Counted from the first letter of the stretch, positions 30,867 to 41,110 are shown. The stretch: 64,000 nucleotides of DNA from an uncultured Fibrobacterota bacterium (GCA_963753345.1 CAVWBU010000021.1:1-64000); one strand, 5' to 3'. Numbers and translations: made by a program. The notes: generated by a model from the letters alone, not told the origin.

Positions 30867-30958
30867 GAACCATCTTGAAGAGGTGTGTCCTTTCCGGTTT
30901 ACACCATCATTGTTTCAGGAAGACGGCATAACGGATGGCATTTTTCCGTAGGTCGCAG
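30867..30958 (-). repeat. Relic recombinase 3' end plus palindrome (copy D)
   Basis: LRPTEKCHPLCRLPETMMV* (stop 30899-30901); GAACCATCTTGAAGAG. Confidence 0.65.
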
Positions 30959-31104
30959 CAGTAGAAAAACTGGACAATAAAATTCCCTTGGCTTCAACTT
31001 AGAAAAACCCTTGAAGGCCGCGCACTTATCTGTGAATCGGCACATTCATGGGGTTTCTATTTCAGCTTGCGCCTTAAAGATGGCAGCGGCCGCGCAAGAG
31101 TTTC

Positions 31105-33528
31105 CTACCTGATCGCCACGGTCCTCACAATCATGGTGGATCCGCAAATGATCCGAGCGATGTAGGCCCCGTGCGTAAGCTTTGCCGACAGCGGCAGCGC
31201 ATGGGTTTGAGCCGCGGAAACATTCCATTGACCGACAATCCTGCCAAGGTAGTCGAACAGCGCGACTGACATCTGCTTGGCGTTGGCCGCGTTGAGTTTC
31301 GCAGTATTGACAATGAGGAACCCGTTTCTGACTGTTACCACGTCCATACTGCTTGGTGATGCATGGCGCAATTCGGTCTTCACACTCAGTGCGTCGCTGT
31401 AGTCGGGATATGAACCCGAACTGGTGGTATACACGTTATCTGCGACCGGAAAGAGGCGCACCGGCTGGTCTCCTGCGATATTGGCCTGGAAAACAGGCCC
31501 GGCCATCATGTCGTCAACAGCGAGAGTAACGAATCTTACGCCGGGGGTCATTAGGGTATATGATGCTCCTCCCACGCAGCTGCTCAGCGACTGGGGCGGA
31601 TGATCGGAGAGCCATGTGGCCACAGGCTCCGGGTGCTCGGTCGCAGATGCGAAAATATCTGCCTGCGCAAGCACTGGCACGCCCTGGTTCTCGTAGAGCG
31701 CCGCGATGGACGAGGGAAGCGAGTCCTGCTCAAGAGCCACAAGCGAATATTTTTTGTCGACAAAGCCCACGCTGGAGGCAATCGAGGTGGGCATCTGCGC
31801 CGTGAGCGGGACCAGATATGCCGACGAGCCGATCAGCCGGGCGTACTGCATGCCGTTTGCGATTTTCACCAGCCGGGGCGATTCGGTGAACTGGGCGACC
31901 GCGTTCGTTCCCTGGAGCACGGTCCACTTTATTTTCTTGACGAGCGGCTGGTCGCTGTACAGGTGCATGTCGGTTGTCTGCTGCGCGGAACAATAGGTAT
32001 ACCCTGACGAAGAGGACGACAGGACCTGGATGCTGGCTGTGTCGGTTCCGTTGCCCACGACCGCATACACATTCAGCCGCGGGTGGTTTCTCTGCATAAA
32101 CCCGTTGATGTCTGCTCCCGGCCAGTAGGCCTGTGAAAGGGGCATGGTGATTGTTGAATCGATTTCCCTTTCACCCAATAAGGAGGACAGCATGTTCACG
32201 TCGATTGTCGAATCCCAGGCTATAATCTGAGCCGCCGCATAAATCGACACCAGCTGCGGGCCCGCGGTGAGGATCAGCAGGTGCCGGAGCGATGCAACGT
32301 CATTTTCAAAGAGGTCCAAGGCCGCTTGAACCGCTGCGTTGAATTCCTGCAACTCGGCTGCGGTGTCGATCGGGAGGTTCAATTGCTTGTAGCTGGAAGA
32401 CAGCGGGGGATCAACCACTGCCTGGCTTTTAAGCGAATCGAGATATGCAAGCATACGGTTGAATTCGGGTCCGCCCTGTTTGTCAAAGTGAAATATGATC
32501 GGGCTCTGCCCCTCTTTCGAAATGATGAGCGCAGCCCGTTTGTTCGTGGAATTGAGGGTAGAAAGGAATCTCGTGAGCACCGTGGACTGTTCCACGATCT
32601 GGCGGGCGTACCGAGCAAGGATTTTCGGGTGGTTCCACCGCCACAGGACGACGTAATCCTCCTTGACAGACGACTGGGCCAGCGCCTCCTCGGCGGTCAT
32701 GGTGGTGATATGGCACATCTCACCACCGAAGGACGGGGCGGAGAATGAACCGCTGTATATGGTCGACCCGTTGGACGCATTGGAAGGTATGGGAATTATA
32801 TACGATATTTGTTGGCCGGCCGATGTGCCATACGCCTCAAAGGAATACACCGTATTGTCAAGTGTGACGGGCGTGGTATTGTCATATTGCTTTTTCGACC
32901 GGGACGCCTCGACCAGGTATCCCGAAACCCCCTGCCCCTTCTTGATGTTAACAACCGGATTGGCCGTGAACGAGTAGGGATAGGCGATTTTATTGACCCC
33001 GTCGATGTCAAAGGCGGGAATCAAATATCTAATGCGGACGGTGCGGGTCGAGTCGAATGTCGCCGGGAAAATGGAGATGTAGTAGTTGTCGTCGCCCCAT
33101 CCGTATTCAAAAAGAACCGGGTCACAGGGAGGCGGTGGACACGCTGCGCTGCGGTCGACCACGCTATCGTACTGCTGCTTCGCGATTGAATCCGTCTTCA
33201 GTTTTGCCTTGAGGATTTTGCCCTTGTACCAAGTGATCAGGCTGACCACGGTGGAATGCGCATCGAGGTTGAGGTTTCCCACGATTTCCAGCGCGTTTCT
33301 GAAGGAATCGGGCGGGGTGCCGCCTACCTTGAAGACCCATTCAAGGTCGACATCGAGATAATCCGGATGCACCGTAATGTCGAATTTCTCCTGGATGATC
33401 GTCGCCGTTCCTTGCCACGCAGTCCCCTGAGTAGATTGGCTTCTGAAGACTCCGTGCTGCAGACCAATGGCATGAGACCCGGCAACGAAGAGCAAAACTC
33501 CTGATACCATACAATACAGCTTTTTCAT
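31105..33528 (-). CDS. Large secreted protein: VIT-like N-terminal domain, degenerate vWA-like region, T9SS-like CTD
   Basis: Signal peptide; AKQQYDSVV...DPVLFE...YYISIFP....RTVRIRY (VIT-like); HLLILTAG; LFDYLGRIV...GAYIARI. Confidence 0.65.
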   Translation of the reverse strand: MKKLYCMVSGVLLFVAGSHAIGLQHGVFRSQSTQGTAWQGTATIIQEKFDITVHPDYLDVDLEWVFKVGGTPPDSFRNALEIVGNLNLDAHSTVVSLITWYKGKILKAKLKTDSIAKQQYDSVVDRSAACPPPPCDPVLFEYGWGDDNYYISIFPATFDSTRTVRIRYLIPAFDIDGVNKIAYPYSFTANPVVNIKKGQGVSGYLVEASRSKKQYDNTTPVTLDNTVYSFEAYGTSAGQQISYIIPIPSNASNGSTIYSGSFSAPSFGGEMCHITTMTAEEALAQSSVKEDYVVLWRWNHPKILARYARQIVEQSTVLTRFLSTLNSTNKRAALIISKEGQSPIIFHFDKQGGPEFNRMLAYLDSLKSQAVVDPPLSSSYKQLNLPIDTAAELQEFNAAVQAALDLFENDVASLRHLLILTAGPQLVSIYAAAQIIAWDSTIDVNMLSSLLGEREIDSTITMPLSQAYWPGADINGFMQRNHPRLNVYAVVGNGTDTASIQVLSSSSSGYTYCSAQQTTDMHLYSDQPLVKKIKWTVLQGTNAVAQFTESPRLVKIANGMQYARLIGSSAYLVPLTAQMPTSIASSVGFVDKKYSLVALEQDSLPSSIAALYENQGVPVLAQADIFASATEHPEPVATWLSDHPPQSLSSCVGGASYTLMTPGVRFVTLAVDDMMAGPVFQANIAGDQPVRLFPVADNVYTTSSGSYPDYSDALSVKTELRHASPSSMDVVTVRNGFLIVNTAKLNAANAKQMSVALFDYLGRIVGQWNVSAAQTHALPLSAKLTHGAYIARIICGSTMIVRTVAIR

Positions 33529-33789
33529 GGTAACCACCTTTGGGTAAAAGGACGAAAGCCTTGGATCGTGGCTTTGATTGCGTCATGAAGAAAACGCGGC
33601 AAAATTGATGCTCTGCAACAATTGTCGGTGAAACATTGCTCTTGGTTCAAACAAAGTTTGAGCTTTGCATTAGGCAATCTTGAGAACAAGCACATATGGA
33701 CGTGGGGTTTTTCCTACCCTTTACACAGTCCACAACCCCGTGACGCCCAATTGACTTGTGCCATATCTATGGGATGACCTATTGGGTCT

Positions 33790-34020
33790 CGCCAAACAAG
33801 CGCACTACGTTCACCAGTACAATCAACAGGGTTTCATCACGGTAGGCGAGCTATGCAAACGTCTCGGGATCGGGCAGACGACTTATTATCGTTATGAGGG
33901 TGTGCTTTATGGGGCTGCAAAACGAAAGGGCAAGATACGGGTTTTTCCGATGAGGATTTCCAGAGAATACGCGAGGCCTTGATCCGGGTTCCAAGACTCA
34001 AAGTAGCCGGTGCTACCTAG
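33790..34020 (+). pseudogene. MerR/Xis-like HTH relic C, frameshifted
   Basis: AKQAHYVHQYNQQGFITVGELCKRLGIGQTTYYRYEG...KIRVF, 1-nt loss in a T-run near 33945, then DEDFQRIREALIRVPRLK. Confidence 0.75.
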
Positions 34021-34187
34021 GCAGGAGAAAAAGCAGCACCCTGCGACTCCGGGTCCGGGGTTTCCCACCATTATTCGGCTGACCATCAGCCCACCGCAGC
34101 CAACCCGAAGCTGAACCAAGTAGATATTCCGTATCCGTTCTGTAAACGCATCAACACTGAGAGTGCACCGGAATCTTCCATTCGCGA

Positions 34188-35864
34188 CTACATCCGAAAA
34201 AGTTCGCCCATTTTCTTTCCGAGGATCTTCCCCGCGATGAGCATGCTTGCGGCTAGAAGGATCATGATGAAAACGCCGAGAGTGGAGGCGAGCGGAAAAC
34301 CGTCCCGGATCCGGTTGACAAGAGCATAAATTGCCTTAGTGATCGGGTAATAGTTCTCCTTCATGGCGAGAATCAGGCTGTCGCTCACTTCGAGCATGGC
34401 GAATGAGAAGACCAGGATTGCTCCCGCGATTACGCTCGAAGCAATGAGTGGAAGGGTAATCTTCGTAAGAGTTGCGGTGTGCCCTGCGCCCAAGTTCAGG
34501 GAGGCCTCCTCCATGGACGGATGCACCTGTGAGAGCCCTGCGTCAACCGCCCGCACCATAAAGGGCAGACGTTGGATTGCGTAGGCCGCAATGAGGAGCG
34601 GGAATGGATTGACTCGTGGATCCAGGTGTGTTCCAGCGAACGTGCCTACATAGCCGAACGACAAGATCAGACCGGGTAGCGCGAGCGGCAGCATCACCGA
34701 AAAGTCGAACAGACCGCGGCCTACGAACTTGAAGCGGCTAATCAAGTACGCCGCCGCTATGCCGATTAGGATATCCACCACCGTCGTGATGCCGCTTAGA
34801 AAAAGGCTGTTCCTTACGCTGAGAACCGTGAGCGGATGTTTGAACCCATCAACAAAATAGTGGAATGTAAATCGTTCGGGCAGAACCGTCATGAACCACT
34901 TTTCGGAGCAGGCGGAGAGCACGACCATTAGGTGGGGCACGATAGACACCAAGCCAATTGTGAGAAAAAGTAGCGTCGCGCATACTGCCATTGCGGGCGA
35001 AGGTGACGGTTTGACAGCTAGGCGCACGGCCTTGTTTGTCATGGCAACAGGGCCCGAGGCAAAAAACTTCTTTGCGGCATAATAAATGAGCCCAATCCAC
35101 ACCAGTACGAAAACGACAAGAGCGTAGCCCATGGGGTTTTCGTAGATGTCATTCACCATGCCGTAAATCTGGTACGCCGCGACACCCCTGAAATCAAGAA
35201 TCAACGGCGTGCCGAGATCGGTCATGGACCATATGAACACTATAGCGGCGCCCGCGAAAATGCCCGGCGCAGCGAGCGGAGCCAGGATTTTCCGGACAAA
35301 GGACCATGTCGTGCTGCCGAGGTTCCAGGCCGCCTCTTCCATGGCCGGATCGATGTTGGCGAGTGTAGCGGTCAGGTTGAGGTACACGATTGGAAAGAGA
35401 TGCAGAATCTCGAGAATGACAACTCCCCAGAAGCCGGAACCAAGCCAGTCGATCGGCTGATGAATAATGCCCGCGTCCATGAGCACCACATTAAGCGTAC
35501 CGAAGCGAGCGAGAAACTGCTTCATTCCGATGGCACCCACAAAGGGCGGCAGGATCATCGGGAGCATTAAGAGACTGTTGAAAAACCACTGGCCTTTCAG
35601 AAGATATCGGGTGGCAAACCAGGCAAGAGGCAGGGAGACCAGAAGGCAACCTAGAGTAACTACAGTGCCTAGTGCAAAACTGGCTACCACGGCGTCTACC
35701 ATTACTTTATTCCGGAACAGGATACTGAAAAAAGCGAGCGAGAACCCCTTAACAGGGAAGAATGCTTTTTCGAGAATGAACAAAACAGGGTAGTAGAGGA
35801 ATACCCCGAGCAACCCAGTAATGATGACCGCGGTGACTATCCAGTATGCAGGTATTTTTTTCAT
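34188..35864 (-). CDS. Fe3+/thiamine-type (FbpB-like) ABC permease
   Basis: Two EEAA/EEAS..LG loops, PPFVGA, DLGTP, PLALPG. Confidence 0.88.
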   Translation of the reverse strand: MKKIPAYWIVTAVIITGLLGVFLYYPVLFILEKAFFPVKGFSLAFFSILFRNKVMVDAVVASFALGTVVTLGCLLVSLPLAWFATRYLLKGQWFFNSLLMLPMILPPFVGAIGMKQFLARFGTLNVVLMDAGIIHQPIDWLGSGFWGVVILEILHLFPIVYLNLTATLANIDPAMEEAAWNLGSTTWSFVRKILAPLAAPGIFAGAAIVFIWSMTDLGTPLILDFRGVAAYQIYGMVNDIYENPMGYALVVFVLVWIGLIYYAAKKFFASGPVAMTNKAVRLAVKPSPSPAMAVCATLLFLTIGLVSIVPHLMVVLSACSEKWFMTVLPERFTFHYFVDGFKHPLTVLSVRNSLFLSGITTVVDILIGIAAAYLISRFKFVGRGLFDFSVMLPLALPGLILSFGYVGTFAGTHLDPRVNPFPLLIAAYAIQRLPFMVRAVDAGLSQVHPSMEEASLNLGAGHTATLTKITLPLIASSVIAGAILVFSFAMLEVSDSLILAMKENYYPITKAIYALVNRIRDGFPLASTLGVFIMILLAASMLIAGKILGKKMGELFRM

Positions 35865-35879
35865 GGTTTCAAGCAGGAG

Positions 35880-36935
35880 CTACCGGGTTAGAACTATGAT
35901 ATCGGTCGTATCCAGGCCGAAGGACATCTTGGTACCGGTTGAAATGGTTGTGGACGGTTCGACTGAGGCCCTGAACTCGAGCCCGTTGCACTCAAGGTAC
36001 ACATTTTCATGGCCGCCATTGAACATGCTCGCGACAACGCGGCCGGTGATCGCGTTTGCTGCCGCCGAGGATGGTTTCATGGACTCCGGACGGAAGAAAC
36101 AGAAAATCTTCTGGCCGAGTCCCGGTGGAGTTCCCGTTGCTAACGATGCTCGCAGTTCGCCTGCGAGCGTGTCCACCTGCGCTTCGTTTCCTTCGATTTC
36201 CTTTATGGTGCCTTCCACGATGTTCGCTGTTCCAAGGAACCGCGCCGCCGAAACGGATACCGGCTTGCCGTAGAGGTCGCGCGGCGTGCCGACCTGGACA
36301 ATTTCGCTTTTATCAAGAAAAGCGATCCGGTCGGCCAGGGAAAGGGCCTCCTCCTGATCGTGAGTTACGTAGATGGCGGTCACGCCCGTTTGCTGATGCA
36401 GCCGTTTGAGCTCCAGCCGCATTTCGGCGCGGAGACGCGCATCGAGATTGGAGAGCGGCTCGTCGAGTAGGAGGAGATCCGGACCCACCACGAGCGCCCG
36501 CGCGAGGGCGACTCGCTGTTGTTGCCCGCCCGACAATTGATTGGGCAGACGATTGTCGTACCCTTCCAGTTGCACGAGTTTGAGAACCTCGGCGATCTTT
36601 TCGCGGACTCCGGTGCCGGTATGCTTGCGGTTTTCGAGACCGAAGGCGACATTCTGAGAAACGGTGAGGTGTGGCCAGAGGGCATAGCTCTGGAACACCA
36701 TCGATGCGTTCCGTTTCTGCGGCGCAAGAGCGGTGACATCGCGGTCGTTGAAGAAAACAGAACCCCTGTCCGGTTGCTCAAACCCGGCAAGAATGCGGAG
36801 GAGCGTTGTTTTGCCGCATCCCGACGGCCCAAGGAGAAAAAAAAGCTCTCCTTCTGCGATCTCGAGGGAGATGTTCTTGAGGACTTCGGTCCTGTCGAAC
36901 GACTTGCTAAGCGATTTGATGGATATCTTGTACAT
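35880..36935 (-). CDS. FbpC/PotA-type ABC ATPase
   Basis: GPSGCGKTT, LSGGQQQRVALAR, LLLDEP, VTHDQEEA. Confidence 0.92.
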   Translation of the reverse strand: MYKISIKSLSKSFDRTEVLKNISLEIAEGELFFLLGPSGCGKTTLLRILAGFEQPDRGSVFFNDRDVTALAPQKRNASMVFQSYALWPHLTVSQNVAFGLENRKHTGTGVREKIAEVLKLVQLEGYDNRLPNQLSGGQQQRVALARALVVGPDLLLLDEPLSNLDARLRAEMRLELKRLHQQTGVTAIYVTHDQEEALSLADRIAFLDKSEIVQVGTPRDLYGKPVSVSAARFLGTANIVEGTIKEIEGNEAQVDTLAGELRASLATGTPPGLGQKIFCFFRPESMKPSSAAANAITGRVVASMFNGGHENVYLECNGLEFRASVEPSTTISTGTKMSFGLDTTDIIVLTR

Positions 36936-36950
36936 GGTTCCTCATCTTAA

Positions 36951-38321
36951 TTATGGTCTCTTCCCGGTTTCCAATTCACGATGTTCGAGTGCCAGAGCCT
37001 CATACTTCGTCTTAAAGAACTTCTGCCACCGGAGCATCTCGCGGTTCTTCTTCACCGGATCCTGCCAATCGTGCACGGCCAACCGCATGCACTCGTCCTC
37101 CGTAATCGGCATCAACGCCCATGCCGAGTCTCCGGCTGTCGCGTTGGGCTTCCACGCCGTTCGAAGTTCCTGGCCATGGTCGATGAGCGCTGCTCCGAGT
37201 AGATCGTTGAAAACAACCCAGCGCCGGGAGGCGAGCGCGTTGTCAAAGTGAAATCCGCTCGCCGTGGCAAAGGGGTTGCCGTGCACTGCGGTTTGGCCTG
37301 CGAATTTATCATAAAGGCCGGCCAGAATGGGCATGCGATCGAGCTCCTGGTGTACCGGACCACCCGGTGTTCCCTTGCGCAGGAACCAGAGTTTTTGTCC
37401 TTGCTCCGACAGTACGAACTCGATGAACCGCTTTGCCGCCGCCGGATGGGGCGCCCCGGTAAGCATGGCGATCGCGTCGGCGCTTGCAATAGTCAAGTTC
37501 GCCGGCAGCACAAATCCAACTTTGTCTTCGCCTGCCTCGGCGACGGCTGCCCAGCCGTACATGTCGATAGCCAATCCGAAGGCAAGGTCGCCCTTGGCAA
37601 CCATTGGTGGAATTTCGCTTGCGTTATTGGAGAACGTTTTGGCATTCCCGGCGATGCCGGTAAGAATGCGCCAGCCATAGTTCCAACCATAGGCTTGCAC
37701 GATGATCTCGAACATCAGGTGCATGGTTCCGCTGTTTCTCGGATCGGCGGCACCGACCCAGGAGAAGAGCGTAGGATCGGCAAGGTCCTTCCAGGCTGTC
37801 GGAACGGCAAACCCCAGTTTCCGGGCCACCCATTTGTTGTACGAAATACCGAAGCTAGACAGCACCGCGCCATACCAGCGATGATCGGGGTCGAACAGAT
37901 CTATGCCCCCGATTGACTGGGGAATGGGCCCTGTTATGGAGGAATCAAGGGTGAGTGTGGCCAGCATGCCGCCGTTCTTCATCAGGAGGAAGGGGTCGGT
38001 GCCGCCTCCGAAAAAGACGTCGATGCCGATTCCGGCCGGGCTTCGCTTGAATTCCGATAAAACGTACCGGACACAATCGCTCGTGCCGCCCGGATCAAGC
38101 CAATCAAGCGCGATAGTCCGGCCGGTTTCCCTCTTGTATAGTGAGGCGAACGCATCGCCGAATTCATTGCGGATGCCATCCCAATGAGGACTGATGATGA
38201 CGAGCTTTTCATCAGCCTTGCCAGCAAAGGTCGTCTTTCCAGGAAGCGGGATGTTTAGGCTGATCACCGAAACCAGCACTAGGGCGACGAGCAACAGGAA
38301 AAGTCTGAGGGTGCCGTTCAT
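36951..38321 (-). CDS. ABC substrate-binding protein (AfuA/FbpA-like)
   Basis: LVIISPH, DVFFGGG, ADPRNSGT, AKRFIEFVLSEQGQ; in an operon with the ATPase and permease. Confidence 0.8.
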   Translation of the reverse strand: MNGTLRLFLLLVALVLVSVISLNIPLPGKTTFAGKADEKLVIISPHWDGIRNEFGDAFASLYKRETGRTIALDWLDPGGTSDCVRYVLSEFKRSPAGIGIDVFFGGGTDPFLLMKNGGMLATLTLDSSITGPIPQSIGGIDLFDPDHRWYGAVLSSFGISYNKWVARKLGFAVPTAWKDLADPTLFSWVGAADPRNSGTMHLMFEIIVQAYGWNYGWRILTGIAGNAKTFSNNASEIPPMVAKGDLAFGLAIDMYGWAAVAEAGEDKVGFVLPANLTIASADAIAMLTGAPHPAAAKRFIEFVLSEQGQKLWFLRKGTPGGPVHQELDRMPILAGLYDKFAGQTAVHGNPFATASGFHFDNALASRRWVVFNDLLGAALIDHGQELRTAWKPNATAGDSAWALMPITEDECMRLAVHDWQDPVKKNREMLRWQKFFKTKYEALALEHRELETGKRP

Positions 38322-38528
38322 GTCATGTCTGTTGGTTCTCGGATCAAACGCCGGCTTTCGCGATCTTGATTCCCATCCTAAAATAGTTCCTGAGTTGCGA
38401 TTGCTCGACCGTAAAAGGGAATGCGCAACAATTCATTGGGCCGTACCCTATAGTCATTGAGCGCCCGCGAATGCACTTGGAGCCTATCCAAAAACCTCAA
38501 TTAACCACCGTCGCGCCAGTTGTAAAAA

Positions 38529-38544
38529 GGTTGATCCGTCAACC
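38529..38544. promoter_or_regulatory. Putative MarR operator
   Basis: Perfect palindrome GGTTGA-TCCG-TCAACC upstream of marR; similar site at 39197-39214. Confidence 0.55.
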
Positions 38545-38556
38545 GCATGACGTATT

Positions 38557-38676
38557 TTGGATTCCATAGCGAGCGCATTCCTCGAAGCTTGCTTCGGGGT
38601 TAGCGGGCGACTACAAGTATGTTTTTTCTTCTATAGGAATGGAAGATTCTCCGCAGCTGGCTGCGGGGGTCTTCAA
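38557..38676 (-). repeat. ~120-bp double-hairpin element, copy 2
   Basis: Reverse complement TTGAAGACCCCCGCAGCCAGCTGCGGAGAATCTTCCAT...TCGCCCGCTAACCCCGAAGCAAGCTTCGAGGAATGCGC...TCCAA aligns end to end with 8236-8353. Confidence 0.75.
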
Positions 38677-38685
38677 TCCCTCGGC

Positions 38686-39174
38686 ATGGATGAACTCAAG
38701 CGTTATCAAAATCTGACAATATCAAGGCTCAGGCGGCTGGTGAGGCGCGTGACCGAACTCATCAACCGGCTCAGGGTTCTACGCGCATCCCCCCTTGCGT
38801 ACGAGCAGTTTCCATTGCTCAAAATCGCCATTCATCATGAAGGTTCCGCGATGCAGGAAATCGCCCGCCTGACAAACCAGGATAAGGCAGGCATCCTGCG
38901 CGGCCTTCGTTCTCTCGAAAGACGTGGCCTTATCAGGTTCAGGAAGGATCCCCACGATATGCGGAAGCGGCTCGTGTTCCCGACGAAGAAAGCCCGGGAG
39001 TTATCCGGAAGAATCGTGGAGGATGTAGAAGCATTTGAAAAGGAACTTCTTCGTGGAATTTCTCCGGGAGAGAGGCGTATTTTCTTAGATGTTGTGCGGC
39101 AATTAACCGACAGGTGCCTCGAATTAGACGAGATGAAAATCCAACGATACTGTCTCAAAGGAACCAAGCGCTAA
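38686..39174 (+). CDS. MarR family regulator
   Basis: MQEIARL..QDKAGILRGLRSLERRGLI...DPHDMRKRLVFPT. Confidence 0.88.
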   Translation: MDELKRYQNLTISRLRRLVRRVTELINRLRVLRASPLAYEQFPLLKIAIHHEGSAMQEIARLTNQDKAGILRGLRSLERRGLIRFRKDPHDMRKRLVFPTKKARELSGRIVEDVEAFEKELLRGISPGERRIFLDVVRQLTDRCLELDEMKIQRYCLKGTKR

Positions 39175-39196
39175 CAGGCTTTTTATTTTGCAAAAG

Positions 39197-39214
39197 AAGT
39201 TGATGGGTCACCTT
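39197..39214. promoter_or_regulatory. Second putative MarR operator
   Basis: AAGTTGA-TGGG-TCACCTT, same GTTGA-N4-TCA geometry, upstream of the MFS gene. Confidence 0.45.
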
Positions 39215-39329
39215 AAATTGTTGAGTGCGGCAGGACGCCTGTGCGTGGCTTTATGGATTTCATGTTGCCCGTCTCTCATCTGCGGCAAGGATCCAGGGCC
39301 AATGGCTATTACTTTTGGAAGGCCGTCGT

Positions 39330-40919
39330 ATGCATGACCGTTTTGCCAAGTCCATTCCTTCCCTGCATCACGAGCACGAATCATACAAGTGGTGGGTGCT
39401 GGCAAACGTCATGATCGGCACGTTTGTAATCGTGCTCAACAATACGATCGTTAACACGGCACTGCCTAAGATGATGGCGTCTTTGGGCATCACGGTGGAC
39501 CAGGCAGAGTGGATCATCACGGTGTTCATGCTTGCGTTTGCGATTATGCTCCCCACGTCTGGATGGCTCGCGGACCGCTTCGGGTACAAGCGCACCTATG
39601 CGGCCGGGATGGCCGTCTTCACATTGTTTTCCTTCTTGTGCGCCCTGTCCAGGGACGAAAAGAGCCTCATTCTCATGCGCATTGGGCAAGGCCTTGGCGG
39701 TGGCCTCATTCAACCGCTCGGCATGGCTATTGTCATGCGCGAATTTCCTCCGCAGCAGCGCGGAATGGCAATGGGCTTCTGGACTATCTCCTCGGCCGCT
39801 TCGGTGTCTCTGGGACCGCTTCTCGGCGGGTATCTGTCTGACAACTTCGACTGGCATCTGATCTTCACGATCAATGTTCCGGTCGGAATCCTCTGTTTCT
39901 TCGCAACCTGGATCATTCAGCGCGAGTACAGGAAGCAGCAGGAGCACTCTTTCGACATAGTCGGCTTCGTGTCCATGGCGGCGTTCTTGGGGTTTCTCCT
40001 TGTAGCCCTCAGCAGCGGCAACGCCGGTTGGAACGCTGGCGGCTGGACCTCGGATTTCATGATGGTTTGCTACCTGTTCTCGGCCGTCGGCTTCGTGGTG
40101 TTCCTTATCACCGAGCTAAACGTGAAATATCCGTTTGTGAAGATACAGCTTCTAGGCACCTACAACTTTGGACTCTCGAATGTCGTAATGTTCATATTCG
40201 GCATTGGCATGTTCGGAAGCACGTTTCTCCTGCCGCTGTACCTGCAGAATGCGCTTGGCTATACTGCGTTTCAGTCCGGCATGGTGTTGCTGCCGGTGGG
40301 GATCATGCAGGCCTTCTTCGGAGCGTTTGCGGGATACATTTCCGACAGGATAAATCCGAAGATCCCCATCATTCTCGGAATTGCACTTTTTTCACTCAGC
40401 TTTTTCCTCAATTCGAACCTTTCCCTTTTCTCGGAGAATTTCCAGATCATGATGCCCATGTACCTGCGTGGAGTCGCCATGGGCATCCTATTCTCTCCCC
40501 TGAGCACACTGATCATAGCACACATTCCTCACAAGGACATGGCGCAGGCTTCCGGGCTCATGAATGCGGTGAGGCAGGTGGGAGGAAGTTTTGGTGTGGC
40601 GATCATGCAGACGCTGCTTACGCAGCGTATCACCTTTCACACGGCAATTTCGGGCACCAGGATCGATCCCTCGTCTCCGGTGTTCCAGAACACTATCAGG
40701 ATGTTGCGGACCCACGCCATTTACGATGCCGGATCGTGCTCGCATGATGCTGCTGCCCAGAGCACCGCGATATTCGCATCCCATTTCTTTCAGCAGATGT
40801 TCGTGTGGGGAATCAACGACGCGTTCCTGTTTTCTAGTATTTGTACGGCGCTTTGCATAATCCCAGTTCTCGTTTTGAAAGGAAAAAGGAATATTCGGGA
40901 ACCCCGCCCTGGAAGGTGA
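39330..40919 (+). CDS. DHA2 (EmrB/QacA) MFS efflux permease
   Basis: TIVNTALP, GWLADRFGYKR, RIGQGLGGG, INVPVG, RQVGGSFG. Confidence 0.92.
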   Translation: MHDRFAKSIPSLHHEHESYKWWVLANVMIGTFVIVLNNTIVNTALPKMMASLGITVDQAEWIITVFMLAFAIMLPTSGWLADRFGYKRTYAAGMAVFTLFSFLCALSRDEKSLILMRIGQGLGGGLIQPLGMAIVMREFPPQQRGMAMGFWTISSAASVSLGPLLGGYLSDNFDWHLIFTINVPVGILCFFATWIIQREYRKQQEHSFDIVGFVSMAAFLGFLLVALSSGNAGWNAGGWTSDFMMVCYLFSAVGFVVFLITELNVKYPFVKIQLLGTYNFGLSNVVMFIFGIGMFGSTFLLPLYLQNALGYTAFQSGMVLLPVGIMQAFFGAFAGYISDRINPKIPIILGIALFSLSFFLNSNLSLFSENFQIMMPMYLRGVAMGILFSPLSTLIIAHIPHKDMAQASGLMNAVRQVGGSFGVAIMQTLLTQRITFHTAISGTRIDPSSPVFQNTIRMLRTHAIYDAGSCSHDAAAQSTAIFASHFFQQMFVWGINDAFLFSSICTALCIIPVLVLKGKRNIREPRPGR

Positions 40920-41110
40920 ATGGCGCTGTTGACGGACAGCACCATTGCAAAGATCCGAGCCGCCTGAAGAAGGTGTCGGACATTTACAACACGAGGAATG
41001 ATTTTGTAAAAGCCTGATGGTCTTGCTGCTACAGCGGCCCTAGGAGAGGACCCGGAAAATGCCGGAGTTGAGAATTTATTCTGGAACACCCTAGAAAAGG
41101 AGAATAGATT

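Noticed and set aside
16704-30958. Dispersed L repeats read as CRISPR repeats or integron attC sites
   Set aside because: Kilobases apart, about 90 bp long, carry a conserved reading frame, lack RYYYAAC/GTTRRRY boxes; no cas or intI gene in the window.
38479-38500. GAGCCTATCCAAAAACCTC resembling an IS terminal repeat
   Set aside because: No partner repeat or transposase found in the window.
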